NCBI GenBank assembly: GCA_023205875.1
Contig: CP060754.1
Span: forward strand, 248,001-312,000
Reading direction: 5' to 3'
Origin: Chloropicon primus
Taxonomy: Eukaryota
Length of the DNA: 64,000 nucleotides
The notes beneath the pieces were generated by a model. The model was not told the DNA's origin and searched no databases. It saw only the letters and a list, made by a program, of their open reading frames with translations. The translations under genes and the position numbers were made by a program. Positions 40,701 to 51,274 of this stretch are shown here, piece by piece. The stretch's first letter is position 1. Each line of letters opens with the position of its first letter.

Positions 40701-40894
40701 TGGAGCTGGTCGACAAGAGGTGGCAGAAGCACCTGAAGCACATGAGCTCCTTGCGAAACTCCGTGTCTCTCAGGGTCTTCGGGCAGCTCGACCCCTTGGA
40801 GGAGTACAAGGTCGACAGCGCAAAGGCTTTGCTCTATCTTGTGAACTCCATTCAGAGGGAAATCATCCGAGACCTGTTCTCCGCCTTGCGGTGA
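37736..40894 (+). CDS. SECA2: Plastid preprotein translocase ATPase, SECA2 type
   Basis: EMQTGEGKT, VTVNDYLARRDA, DEVDSVLIDEGRNPLLIS (SECA2-type, versus DEARTPLIIS in SECA1), TNMAGRGTDI, RRIDNQLRGRAGRQGDPG, DPLEEYK. Confidence 0.88.
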   Translation: MAASRRVRGSGGGRLGVGGGGALGRQRVGRGGRQKKGWKDSGVCASRDGGDLATTSTPASTGLARLKTPIWKRFLGRRNDLRGLENTVRTINDLEDGMKLLSNAELRAKTEEFKQRLEEGEGLDSILPEAFAVVREASSRVLGLRHFDVQLLGGMVLHKGEIAEMQTGEGKTLVSTLPAYLNALGGKGVQVVTVNDYLARRDAEWMGQLHRFLGLSVDVIQGDSTQSERKRAYGADITYVTNSELGFDYLRDNMVLDASELVLQRELNFAIIDEVDSVLIDEGRNPLLISYTPEREDGLYHEASRIASLLVREEHFTSDAKEKTVELTEGGMEAVEALLGVEQLWEGGSEWGRYILDALKAKEHFHRDVHYIVRDNQIQIIDEFTGRVKPRSRWSDGIHQAVEAKEGLEVQGDQMVAASITYQCFFKMYNKLSGMTGTAATESEEFWETYGLRVVPIPTNKYCIREDTPSLIYPSEGSKWEGVANEVAERHSIGQPVLVGTTSVGHSELLSRWLSGVGIPHSLLNAKPANAAQEAEIISQAGRFGAVTISTNMAGRGTDILLGGNPYEMVRIVLLQNLCSALMKSETCPDFSGLSEIINIEIPPELLGLMARAKASAMSECGPSLTLNEVEQLVIELCNFARQILGGGEEQSLALVESKNFSALESLLGTMELPASQQSLPTTALQKFANAAVFLYSYCGEVCSREGDLVRELGGLHVVGTQLHDSRRIDNQLRGRAGRQGDPGSTIFILSLQDDLLKIHGGDKTASLMTAILDETTGVTSRLLDSQLLTLQRSVEEWYTGIRKQVYKYDQFLDIQRNQIYRLRKHILTSSADELMHLIFTYIRADVAEAVERNVAGHPKQWDISKVCEDVERSLNEEGILQPQCPAAIQRDLSSGSWKRTKEHRFPTTGSYLFAYQAAAQKLELGRVEAAGERRKRSPVSQKWSPEANFVVNELTERVLTEYFLQVRSAATSRRGMSDILSDQRYLMLELVDKRWQKHLKHMSSLRNSVSLRVFGQLDPLEEYKVDSAKALLYLVNSIQREIIRDLFSALR

Positions 40895-40957
40895 AGTCTT
40901 CCAGGCGGTGGTTAGGAATAATGCTATTTAAATTACAGAACGAATTCTATCGTTGCC

Positions 40958-41575
40958 TCAAGGCAAGTTGTTCAGTTCCTCGCTCATGACTTTCCTGTTC
41001 ACGAAGGGCTTCATGCTCGCCTTGTCCCTCACGGTGAGGGTGTACCCCAGAGCAGCGAAGCCACCGAGGCCGGCGAGGAGCATACCCAAAGCCTTCTGGC
41101 TTCCCATGAAATTGTACTCGTCCAAGCAAGCCTCTGGGTACGCGGTTCCGTCGTCCCAAGTGAGCTCGTCCGTCTCCGCAAGCGGCTCCGTGGGCGCCTT
41201 GCGGTAGGCCACGGGCCCTCCGCCACCTCCCCTCCTCACTTGGAATTGGAACGGCTGGGCCACACTGGAGCCCCCCAGCCTTGAGCGCGAGCGAGCGAAG
41301 AAGGAAGAAGAAGGAGAAAGGGGGCACGAGAGTCAGTCCATCCGCATTTGCGAGGGAGGGGGAGGAGGACAAACACGCACAACAGCCATTCCAATGCCCA
41401 ACCGAGACGGGGACACTTTGGCCGGAGCAAACAAAAAAGCCTCCGCTAGAGCACCCGCCAACCAAACGAGTCCAATCCAAGACGTCACCACTCCGTTGAC
41501 GGGTGAGTCCTTTCCACCGCCTTACCTCTTGCCCAAAGCGTTCGCCACGGTTCGCACGCACACGCTGTTTGCCAT
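40958..41575 (-). CDS. NDUFB8: Complex I subunit NDUFB8 (ASHI), green-lineage type; complement(join(40958..41279,41526..41575))
   Basis: P.EPLAETDELTWDDGTAYPEACLD....S..ALG.L.AGLG.FA.LG......DKAS..PF matches plant NDUFB8. GTAAGG..AAG intron gives an in-frame presequence (MANSVCVRTVANALGKR). Confidence 0.85.
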
Positions 41576-41838
41576 CGTGTTCCACGATGAAAAAACCTAA
41601 GTAGTCTTCTCTCTCTCTCTCTCCCTCATCATCCAGGAGGATTGCCCGAGATTGCTCAGTGTACACAATATTGCATCGATTCATACCAAATTCTTCGATT
41701 GTAGAAAACCCGTCTTTTCTTTTTGCGCCGCCGCCAGAAGGAGGAGAAGGAGAAAGAGAGCCGAGAAGAGAGCAGCGAGGGAAGCAGCCACACTTTTGTT
41801 TGTTTGTCGACGACGAGAGGAGAAGAGAAGGAGCAACC

Positions 41839-42852
41839 ATGGGACGCAGTAAGTGGACGAGGAGAGAGACGGATACGAGTGCAAGGGGAGCGCGAGACGT
41901 TGGCCTTGGCCCTCGGTTTCCCGCGACGCGTGCCGGGAGAGAACGCGGAAAGCGCGAGGCCAAGGGGGAAGTGGCGCCAAGACGAGGCTCCTCCGGGGGG
42001 GGGTGTCCTCGCGTGCGTGCCCTGGGTCCTTGAGCCTCGGGGCCCGGGGCTGCGACGCGACGACTTCTCCTCCGCGGCCCGGCACCGGCTCGAGCGAAGA
42101 CCCTCTTTTCTTTTGTTTTCACGGTGGCGCACCACCTGAGCGGCGAGCGTGGACGCTGACGCGAAGACTTCTCTTTTTTCCCGTTCCCTTTCCTTTCCGC
42201 AGGACCCGCCAGGTGCTACAGGCAGATCAAGAACAAGCCGTACCCAAAGTCCAGGTACTGCCGTGGTGTCCCAGACCCAAAGATCCGTATCTACGATGTG
42301 GGAATGAAGAAGTATCCTTCTGATATCTTCCCAGCCTGCGTGCATTTGGTGTCGTGGGAGAACGAGCAGGTCGGAAGCGAGGCCCTGGAAGCTGCCCGTA
42401 TTGCGTGCAACAAGTACATGACCGTCAACTCCGGAAAGGAGACCTTCCACTTGAGAATTCGCTGCAAGCCTTTCCACGTGCTCCGTATCAACAAAATGCT
42501 TTCGTGTGCTGGAGCTGATAGACTCCAGACCGGTATGAGAGGTGCCTACGGAAAGCCTTTGGGTGTTTGCGCTCGCGTCGGAATCGGCCAGATTCTCATG
42601 TCCTTGAGGTGCAAGGAGCAGAACGTCCACAAGGCCATCGAGTCCTTTAGACGTGCCAAGTTCAAGTTCCCAGGAAGACAGAAGATCGTCATCAGCAAGA
42701 AGTGGGGTTTCACCAAGTTCAGGAAGGAGGAGTACCTGAACATGAAGCAGGAGGGCCGCCTCTTGGCCCAGGGTGTCCACTCTGTTAAGCACTCCACCAA
42801 GGGACCACTCTCTGAGCGTACCGCTGACACCGTCTTCGACAAGTACGCCTAA
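41839..42852 (+). CDS. RPL10: 60S ribosomal protein L10 (uL16); join(41839..41848,42203..42852)
   Basis: [35 protein letters not shown] after splicing GTAAGT..GCAG, then [40 protein letters not shown]. Confidence 0.98.
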
Positions 42853-42994
42853 GAAGGTTCTTTCCTTTGCATTGGTCTTTTTGCTGAGGCGAAAGAAATA
42901 TGAATGATAGAAAAATTTATTTGAAAGCTTTTGTCAAAAGTTATTTTTCTTCGGAGAGAACGCGTCGCCCTTCCTTCTTTTTCCTTTGCCACTA

Positions 42995-45076
42995 CTAGTA
43001 CCTTGACCTCTCCACCACCGCCTGCTTCATTTCCTTGATGACGTCCTCTGGCTTCATGCTTCCCAAATCGCCCTGGTGCCTGCTCCGGACCGACAGCGTC
43101 TTGGCCTCTACTTCGCTGTTGCCGATCACGAAAACGAGCGGAATCTTCTGGACCTCGGCATTGCGAACCAGTTTCCCTAGGGACTCCCCCCCCGCCATGT
43201 CGACGCGCAGGCCGTAGGATTTGAAGAGCTCAAGGCATTCTGCCGCGTACTCGTTGACGCCGTCTGTCACACACACGATGCGGGCTTGCACCGGTGCAAG
43301 CCACAGGGGAAACAGACCAGCGTAACTTTCGAGAAGAACGCCAAAGAAACGCTCTATGGAACCGAAGATCGCCCTGTGTATCATGATGGGCCTTGGCCTC
43401 TCGTTGTTCTCGTCCACGTACTCCATGTCAAATCGCTCTGGCAAGTTGAAGTCCACCTGTATCGTGGAGCATTGCCACTTCCTGCCAATGGCGTCCTTGA
43501 TTTTGATGTCGATCTTGGGCCCGTAAAACGCACCACCCCCCACGTCCTCCGTGTAGTCCCAGCCCTTCCTGCCCAGCGCCTCCTTCAGGGCGTTCTCTGA
43601 CAATTCCCATACATCGTCAGAACCCACGTACTTTTCTGGCCTGGTGCTCAGGTTGATCTCGTACTCCGTAAACTCGTACGCCGAGAGCACGTCCTCCACC
43701 AAGTTCAGCACGTTCTGAATCTCGTCCGTGACCTGGGAGGGCAAGCAAAAGATATGTGCATCGTCCTGAGTGAAGCCCCTGACGCGGAAGAGGCCGTGCA
43801 GCGCTCCCGACTTCTCATACCTGTACACGGTCCCCAGTTCCGCCCACCTGAGGGGGAACTCGCGGTACGAGTGAGGCGAATTCTTGTACAGCTCCACGTG
43901 GAATGGGCAGTTCATGGGCCTCAGCTGGTACTCGTCCTCGTCCACCTCCATGCCCTTGAACATGCTCTCGCCATAAAAGTCAAAGTGCCCGGAGGTCTTC
44001 CACAAGTCGATCTTCGCGATGTGCGGAGTGTAAACCAAGTCGTACCCGTTCGCGATGTGGATGTTCCTCCAGTGCTCCTCGATCTGGTTTCTCACCGTGG
44101 CCCCCTTTGGATGCCAAAAAACAAGTCCTCCGCCCGCGTCCTCCTGCTGGATGCTAAAGAGGTTGAGCTGGGCGCCGAGCTTCCTGTGGTCCCTCTTCAG
44201 GGCCTCCTGCTTCATCTTCTTGTACGCTTGCAGCTCCGCCGACGTCTCCCAGGTCGTTCCGTAGACCCTCTGAAGCATTTTGTTCTTCTCATCTCCCCTC
44301 CAGTACGCGCCCGAGACGTTCTCCAGGGCGAGACCCTTCGGATTGATGTGCCCCGTGCTCTCCATGTGAGGCCCGCCGCACAAGTCCCACCAGTGGTCGT
44401 CGGAACCGACCTCGCCCGTGTGCCAGATGGTGATGACCGCCTCGGGGTCCCTGGCCAAGATGCTGTCCAGGATCTCGAGCTTGTAAGGCTCCTGGTTGCT
44501 GTCGATCCTCTTGCGAGCCTCCTCCACGGAGACGGTCTCCTCCCACATCGGCAGTTTCTTCTTGATGATGCGAATCATCTCCTTCCTGATCTTCTTCAGG
44601 TCCGAGTCCGTGAAGGGCTCCTCCAAGTCGAAGTCGTAGTAGAAACCCATCTCAGTCCAAGGTCCTATCGTGACCTGGGCGCCTGGGAAAAGCTTCTGGA
44701 CCGCCTGGGCGAGCACGTGGGAGGACGTGTGGCGAAGCTTCAGCAGCGTCTCCGACTCGTCCGAGGTCTTCAGCACGACTTCGACCTCCGGCTTGGCGTC
44801 AGCGCTCTGCCTCTGCGTGGAGGACACTGCGGCGGACGTGTGGACGAGCCTCCTCGTCGCAAGCCTCTCGTACACGCCGCGGTCCGCGGCCCTGCAAGTG
44901 ACGCAGCTCTTCCTCGCTGTCAACGCAGCCCCCCCGAGCCTGCTCGAGCTCAGAGCTCGCCGCGTCGCGACAGCCCCCCCCGGCGCGTCCAGCCTCGACA
45001 GCACCGCTCTCAGGGAAGTCATTCTCCCCATGACCTGACTCGCTCTCGAAAACGCGCGAACCTTCGTGAGCTCCAT
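42995..45076 (-). CDS. Threonine--tRNA ligase, organellar (plastid/mitochondrial) type
   Basis: LRHTSSHVLAQAV, DLCGGPH, GAYWRGDE, RDHRKLG, RPMNCPFH, GLFRVRGFTQDDAH, GAFYGPKID, IHRAIFGSIERF. Transit-like N-terminus. The start codon is uncertain. Confidence 0.93.
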   Translation of the reverse strand: MELTKVRAFSRASQVMGRMTSLRAVLSRLDAPGGAVATRRALSSSRLGGAALTARKSCVTCRAADRGVYERLATRRLVHTSAAVSSTQRQSADAKPEVEVVLKTSDESETLLKLRHTSSHVLAQAVQKLFPGAQVTIGPWTEMGFYYDFDLEEPFTDSDLKKIRKEMIRIIKKKLPMWEETVSVEEARKRIDSNQEPYKLEILDSILARDPEAVITIWHTGEVGSDDHWWDLCGGPHMESTGHINPKGLALENVSGAYWRGDEKNKMLQRVYGTTWETSAELQAYKKMKQEALKRDHRKLGAQLNLFSIQQEDAGGGLVFWHPKGATVRNQIEEHWRNIHIANGYDLVYTPHIAKIDLWKTSGHFDFYGESMFKGMEVDEDEYQLRPMNCPFHVELYKNSPHSYREFPLRWAELGTVYRYEKSGALHGLFRVRGFTQDDAHIFCLPSQVTDEIQNVLNLVEDVLSAYEFTEYEINLSTRPEKYVGSDDVWELSENALKEALGRKGWDYTEDVGGGAFYGPKIDIKIKDAIGRKWQCSTIQVDFNLPERFDMEYVDENNERPRPIMIHRAIFGSIERFFGVLLESYAGLFPLWLAPVQARIVCVTDGVNEYAAECLELFKSYGLRVDMAGGESLGKLVRNAEVQKIPLVFVIGNSEVEAKTLSVRSRHQGDLGSMKPEDVIKEMKQAVVERSRY

Positions 45077-45359
45077 CCGTGCGCAAGCCAACGAGCGCCA
45101 GCACCAGCCCAACTTCCTCGTCCTCGTGCTCCTCGCCACGCGCCGGTCCCGCGTCGATAGATGGTCCGCTCCTCTCCGCACTCCCCCTCTCGCGCTGCGC
45201 TGCTGCTGGAGTTTTTGGATAACGATTTGTGGAAACTTGTGGAGGGGAGAGAGGGAGAAAAAGTGCAGGGCGGGGGCGAGCGGCCTTAGTTGTCGAAGGT
45301 GAAGTGAAGTGAAGTGGAAAGGAATGTATATACATTATTGATTTGTGCTTTGCTCCTGA

Positions 45360-47593
45360 TCAGAAGAAGGTGGATGCCCGCCTCTGCGAGTGGAAGTCGT
45401 ACTTGGCCTTCTTGTCCGGATCCGAGAGCACGGTGTAAGCCTCCGAAACGATTTTGAAGAGGCCCTCGGACACGCTCTTCTCCAAGTCCGCGGAGGTCTT
45501 GTCCGGGTGGTACTTGAGGGCAAGCTTGCGGTAGGTGGACTTGATCTCCGAGGAGGAGCAGGACATGGAGACCCCGAGCACGTGGTACGGGTTCAAGGCC
45601 GTGTCCCTCGTCGCCCTCCTCTGCATCATCGCGTAGTGCCTCCTGAGGTCGGAGGGGACCCTCTCGTACCCGCCCATGCTTCTGATGTACTTCTCGAGGT
45701 CCTTGGAGGAGTTCTTGTAGTCGCCTATCTTCTCGTACGCCTCAGACCTCCTCTGGTACGCCCTGTTGTACGTCTTGTCCAGAGAGATCGCCTTGGTGCA
45801 GTCCGCGATGGCGTCGATGAGCTTGCCGAGCTTGATCGAGGCCGCGGACCTGTTGCAGTACAAGACCGCCTTCATGGGAATGTCCTCCACCTTGTGAGAC
45901 AGCGCGGTCGAGTAATGGGCCTGCGCATCCTTGTAGTTTCCTGCATTGTAGGCGTTGTTTCCAGCCTGCTTGTACTGCTCGACCTTTCCCCTCTGCCGCT
46001 GCCTCTCCTCGTGCTTCTGAAGCTGCTCCGCGGCCACCTTGAGCTTGGAGTTCTCCTGCTTCAGCTGGCTGTTCTCCTTCTCCATCACCCGGAACTTCCT
46101 TGTTCTCGGGGTCTCCTCCATGGAAACGCTCTCGGAGCTCGTCGAGAGACCGCCCGAGGAGGCCTCTTGGTCCGACGAGAACCTGCCAAAGTCAGACTGA
46201 GTGCTCACTTCGCTTCTCTCGGAGTCGGAGCGAGCTTGCTGCTGCATGGCGGCAGCGTTCCTCTCAAGGTCCCTCGACCTCCGCTGCTCTGAGTGAAGCC
46301 TCTCTCTGAGCTCCTCTATTTCGTTCTCGTACGCCTTGAAGCGGTCCTCCTGCTGGGTAGTCCCCCTGACCTCCTTCTTCTTGAAGGCGTCGAGCTGCGT
46401 GGTCAGCTCCCGAATCTCTTGCTTTCGTTCCACGAGCATGGCAGTCAACTTGGCGTTCTGCGTCGCCATCTCGGACAATGCAGCCCGTGCGCTCCTGCGC
46501 GCGTCGAGTATCTCCCTCCCAATATTCTTGGACTTCTTCAGTTCCGAGGCCAGAGCAATGTTCTCCTCCCTCGTCTTTGCGACCTCTTGCTTCAGCATGT
46601 TGTACTTCCTCGAGGTGTCTTCCATTTGCTTTTGGAGCTGCTTCTTCGACAGGTAGAAGGACTCTGCTTCTTGCTTGAGTTCCACCTGGCGGCCCAAGGC
46701 AGCCTTCAGCAGCCTGCTTTGTCTCTCTAACTTGTTCTCCAAGACGTGGATGCGATGGTCGGTCTTCTCGGCCTCCTGCCTCTGGTGGAACGAAGTTTCC
46801 AAGGACGCCCTGTGGCTGCTCATGGAGCTCTCGCCGCTGTCTTCCCTGAGGGAAGACTCAACGTCGCCACTCCCCGAGGAGTCGACCTGCCTCTCCTCGA
46901 GGCTCGCGCTGATGTTGATGCTGCTCTCGGTGGAAGACGCCCTGGACTTTGCCGTGCTAGAGCAGTCCTCGTTTCCTTTGTTCCTCGGCTTGCTGCTGCA
47001 AGCGCTGCCCAGGAGAGTGCTCGTGAGGGAAGCCCCAGAGTCCACCTCGAACTTGAAGCCTGGCTGCCCATAGCTTCCGCTGCTCTTCGTTGGCCTGAGG
47101 CCCTGGCTCGCAGCAGAGGAACTGCTCTTCTCGTCCTCCTTTGAGGTCCTCGAGCTCCCTTTCTCTTGGGCTTGCGGCTGCAGGTTGGTGCTCTCGCTCT
47201 TCTTCGCTCTCTCCGAGCTCGTCTCGCTCAGGGCGGACACGTCAAAGCTGCACGAGTCATCGGTGCTCCCGCATTCTTCCTCGCCGCCTGCAGAGAAATA
47301 GTCCGAGTCCCCCAAGCGAACGTCAAGAGGTGAGTTCAGGTTTATTTGCTGTAGCACAGAGTTCAAATTTTCTGCGGGAGCAGAAGACGAGCAGCAAGGC
47401 AAGGCGAAAGAAGACAGGAGATAAACCAGTCAGTAAGCACAGAAGAGTCGGGGAGCGAAAGTGACGGTCAGACGGTCAGCATTGGGCTTGCGGGAATCTT
47501 ACTTGTAATGCTATGCAAAACGCTCTTCTTCGACTTGTCGTAGTGCAAGTCGTGCAAGTAGTTCTCTATCCCCGTGAAGCTCTCTTTTGACAT
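45360..47593 (-). CDS. Coiled-coil + TPR + C-terminal DnaJ domain protein; complement(join(45360..47371,47503..47593))
   Basis: [18 protein letters not shown] and [11 protein letters not shown]...AIADC..AI.LD (TPRs), then [25 protein letters not shown] (J domain). GTAAGA..GCAG intron in frame. Confidence 0.85.
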
Positions 47594-48287
47594 CGTGGTG
47601 CTCCCTCTCCCTCACGACTTGCGTTCTGAAACAACTTCCTCCCCTCCGTCTTCCAACAGCCCCCTCTCAAGCTTCTTCGCCGAAGTCTCGATCGCCTTTT
47701 CGATTTGTCTTGTCTCGTCCTGGCGTGTTCCGCTCCCTCCCCTACACGAGGCCGCCTTCGCACGACCCAAGCAGCCTTCCCTCCTTCCTCACCCCACCCC
47801 TTCTCTCTCTCTCTCTCTCTCCCCTGTCCCTTTCTCCCTCCTGAGACTGTTCCCGTCCTGTGTGAGTGCCTCCCCTGTCGCCCTCTCTCTCTCTCTTGGG
47901 CGCGCGTAACGGTCACTGGAGCCAAGGTCCAAGAAAACGGATCTTGCGCCTTGCCCCTGTACGAATTCCATCTTGGCCCACACCACAGCACACCACAGCA
48001 CTCGACTCACTGTACGACTCAACGGGAGAATTCCTCTTCTTCAAAGTTAAAGGTTGCGGAAATTTCTCAAGAAAGAAAATAAAACTCTGGATAATAAAAA
48101 GGGGAAAGGAGACTCTCTCTGTTGTTGTGTTTGAGGGGTTGAGGTCCGAGCGGTTGCTTCTTCCACGGCGGGATTAGCGCGAGCGACGGGTTGGGACGTC
48201 CTTCTTCGGGATTCGGCTGGGCCACGAGACGCGATCCTCCCGGTGGCCAAGAGACTTGGAAACAGGCTTCAACAACGCCCACGCAGG

Positions 48288-49562
48288 ATGGCCACCACCA
48301 CCACCACCACCGCCTGCATCAGTAAGTTGGAGGGCGTGGTTGGGGTGAAGGGGGGGAGGTGCAGGGGGCGGAAGGTCGGGCTTGTCGCCGGGGCTGCACC
48401 TCGGGGAGGGTCGCCGGGCGCGAGCACGAGCAAGGTCGAGGGGGGGGCGCGTTGGGCGGAGAGGTTCCACGGTTGGAAGCTGGCGGGTTTGGGTCACTGC
48501 GCTGCGGTGGCGGTGCTCACGATGGGTGTGCACGGATCTCCCAGCGTGGCGGCGGACTTTGCCAAGACGGGGGGCTGTGTTCTGAGCAAGTGCCAGCTCG
48601 AGCTCGCCAGCTGCCTCGGCGACGAGAAGTGCCTGGAGAATCTCGTGTGCCTCAACTCTTGCACCAAGTGCCCTCCGGAGGAGGAGGCGGGGTGCCAAAT
48701 CAAGTGCGGGGACTTGTACAACGACAAGGCGATCGCCGCGTTCAACACTTGCGCGGTCACCAACAAGAGCTGCGTCCCGCAGAAGATGGACAACGGGATG
48801 TACATGGAGCCCTCGAGGGACGTCCTGGTGCCGGAGTTCGACACGAGGTCCATGGAGGGTCGCTGGTACATCACGGCGGGCCTGAACCCCTTGTTCGATA
48901 CGTTCGACTGCCAGGAGCACTACTTCACGGCCCCGGAGAGCGGGAAGCTTTACGCCAAGCTCAAGTGGAGGGTGAAGAAGCCCAACGGGCAGTTCATCGA
49001 GAGGGGCGACGTGCAGACCTTCGTCCAGGACGCGGAGAGGCCCGGGATCCTCCTGAACCACGACAACGAGTTTCTGCATTACCAGGACGATTGGTTCATC
49101 CTTGGGATGGAGCCGGACAAGTACGTCGCTGTGTACTACCGGGGTTCCAACGACGCCTGGGACGGTTACGGCGGGGCCGTTGTGTACACCCGCGAACCTG
49201 CTTTGCCCAAGTCGTACGTCCCGATGCTCACGAACGACTTCAGCAAGGTCGGGCTCAAGTTCGACGACTTTGCGCTGACGGACAACACGTGCGGCCCGGA
49301 GCCGAAGCGAAAGATCGTCAGGCCGCCGGACATCGACACGTTCGTGGAAGACGTCCAGGTTATTCAGGACGACCTCAAGTCGTTCGGCAGGGGCTTCACC
49401 GTCATCCAGAACGACCTTAACGACGGCAGGCAAAAGCTTTCCAACGACCTGAGGGACGAGCTCAAGAGGGCGGAGGACGCCCTCGCGCAGGTGGAGAAGC
49501 GGTACGCCTCCAAGCTGTCCTTCCTGGACGTTTTCAGGACGACGATTTCATCCTCATCCTAA
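48288..49562 (+). CDS. VDE: Violaxanthin de-epoxidase (plant-type lipocalin VDE)
   Basis: Bipartite-like leader, Cys-rich domain (C.L.KC.LELA.C..DEKC..N..CL..C, CQIKCGDL), GRWYITAGLNPLFDTFDCQEH, LHYQDDWFIL, YYRGSNDAWDGYGGAVVY, TDNTCGPEP. Confidence 0.95.
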   Translation: MATTTTTTACISKLEGVVGVKGGRCRGRKVGLVAGAAPRGGSPGASTSKVEGGARWAERFHGWKLAGLGHCAAVAVLTMGVHGSPSVAADFAKTGGCVLSKCQLELASCLGDEKCLENLVCLNSCTKCPPEEEAGCQIKCGDLYNDKAIAAFNTCAVTNKSCVPQKMDNGMYMEPSRDVLVPEFDTRSMEGRWYITAGLNPLFDTFDCQEHYFTAPESGKLYAKLKWRVKKPNGQFIERGDVQTFVQDAERPGILLNHDNEFLHYQDDWFILGMEPDKYVAVYYRGSNDAWDGYGGAVVYTREPALPKSYVPMLTNDFSKVGLKFDDFALTDNTCGPEPKRKIVRPPDIDTFVEDVQVIQDDLKSFGRGFTVIQNDLNDGRQKLSNDLRDELKRAEDALAQVEKRYASKLSFLDVFRTTISSSS

Positions 49563-49651
49563 TCTAATATTTTTTGTTTCATTTTTGAGGCGAGGCGACA
49601 GACAAGGCAAGACCTCAAGCCAAACCACTGTCCTCGAGGGAGCACCGGCAA

Positions 49652-51274
49652 ATGTTGTCGACGGCCTTGGGCGAGTCGCTGAGGCAGGCGCTCTGCTTCG
49701 GCGCGGGGTCCTTCCTTCGCCGGACGGACGCGCTCAGCCCCGGGGACGGCCTCGCCGCGCACCGGCTCCTGCTGACCCTGCTGATTCCCACGCTCCTGGT
49801 GGGCTTGGGTGTGAACGCGGGCTCCTTCCTGGAGCCTGGCTCGAGGGTGCTCGCGGCGTGCGGCCTCGCCCACTTCCTCCTGCTCTTTTCCTCGTCCTTG
49901 CTCGGCTTCAGGAGCTTGCCTGCGAAGGACAAGGGGACGGCGACGGCGCTGGTCACGTGCGTCTCCTGCTGCTTCTCGGGCCTCCCCGGAGCGAGGGGCA
50001 GCTTGGCGCAGGCCCGGCTTGTGCTGCTGGGAGACCTTCCGGCCGCCTTGCTGTCGTTCGTCGCCGCCGCACTCGTGGTCGTGAGAACTCGGGGGAGGCT
50101 CCTGGGCGGCGCCATGCCAGGAAAGTACAAGCACGCGGATGGGGGGGTGTATTCTGGCGAGTGGAAAGGCTTCTCGAAGCACGGGTTTGGGACTTACACC
50201 TACCCGAGCGGCTCGATTTACTCGGGGGAGTGGCGGGAGAACGCCAAGGACGGGTGTGGGACGTATCGTTACGGCACAGGGGGGGCCTACATTGGAGACT
50301 GGAGGAAGGGAAACCCTTGGGGCGTGGGGATCAGGGTGTACAAGAGCGGCAAAGTGGCTCACGGGAACTTTGTGAACGGCAAGCTTGAGAGCGAGCTGCC
50401 AGCGGATGTCTGCGAAGCTGCGGTGGAGAGGAGCTTGAGGGCTTCGAAGCAGGCCTCTTCGATCGCGAAGGAGCGCAACCAACCCTTCTACCAGAGGCTT
50501 GTCACCGAAGTGGCAGACATCTTGCCCATCTGTTTGGTCCTGCTGGCGCTGAGGCTCCCTCGGGTGTTCTCCGTGCTGATCTCAGCGGAGACAACAAGGG
50601 CCGTGCTACTCTTCTTCGCCCCCCTCGCTGCGCTGGCATACGGCCTCCAGTCCGCGTTTCGTCCGCAGCTGTCGGACAGCACCTTGCTTGACGTTCAAGG
50701 CATGCTTTCATTTCGGTACGGGGTGTCTTGCCTGTTCGCAGGACTCGCACTTCTGCTTGCTCCGCCCGGGGCGGACTTTGGGATCATCCTAAGCTGTGCG
50801 TTGTGCCCGGCATCTCCCCTCTTGATGCTGGTGGTGGACAAGTACACGGCAGAGAACAAGGACTTTGTCCGAGCCGTCCTGGGTTGGAGCATGGTGCTGA
50901 GCCTGGCCTTGACCGCTTGTGCTCAGATTCTCTGCGAGGTGCAAGGTAAACACGCGACCGCCGCTTTCACGTCCGCTGCTTCTGCCGTCTTCGGGGGGAT
51001 ATACATTAGAGGTGAACGGCGGAAGCGGGCTGCGATTGCCCCCGTGTTGGCTTGCTCCTTTGCCCCCGCTTCAGCGGGGTCGCGAGGCCAGGGAGAGAGA
51101 CCAGCTGTCGTTGTGGGCAAGCCAAGCGCAGCCCGCTGCAGAGTTCTACGGGGAACCACGCACGTTCCGAGGGCTGAGGGGCGGCGCCAGCATCGGGCGC
51201 CAGGGAGGAGAAGGAATGCCCAACGGATCAGTGCGGGGAGCAAGTACTGCAAGTCACTGAGAACGAGTTTCTGA
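49652..51274 (+). CDS. Multi-pass membrane protein (PIN/AEC-like halves) with internal MORN repeats
   Basis: About 5 hydrophobic helices, then 3-4 MORN repeats (GKYKHADGGVYSGEWKG..KHGFGTYTYPSGSIYSGEWREN.KDG.GTY.YG.GG.YIGDWR), then about 5-6 hydrophobic helices including ILSCALCPASP. Confidence 0.7.
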   Translation: MLSTALGESLRQALCFGAGSFLRRTDALSPGDGLAAHRLLLTLLIPTLLVGLGVNAGSFLEPGSRVLAACGLAHFLLLFSSSLLGFRSLPAKDKGTATALVTCVSCCFSGLPGARGSLAQARLVLLGDLPAALLSFVAAALVVVRTRGRLLGGAMPGKYKHADGGVYSGEWKGFSKHGFGTYTYPSGSIYSGEWRENAKDGCGTYRYGTGGAYIGDWRKGNPWGVGIRVYKSGKVAHGNFVNGKLESELPADVCEAAVERSLRASKQASSIAKERNQPFYQRLVTEVADILPICLVLLALRLPRVFSVLISAETTRAVLLFFAPLAALAYGLQSAFRPQLSDSTLLDVQGMLSFRYGVSCLFAGLALLLAPPGADFGIILSCALCPASPLLMLVVDKYTAENKDFVRAVLGWSMVLSLALTACAQILCEVQGKHATAAFTSAASAVFGGIYIRGERRKRAAIAPVLACSFAPASAGSRGQGERPAVVVGKPSAARCRVLRGTTHVPRAEGRRQHRAPGRRRNAQRISAGSKYCKSLRTSF

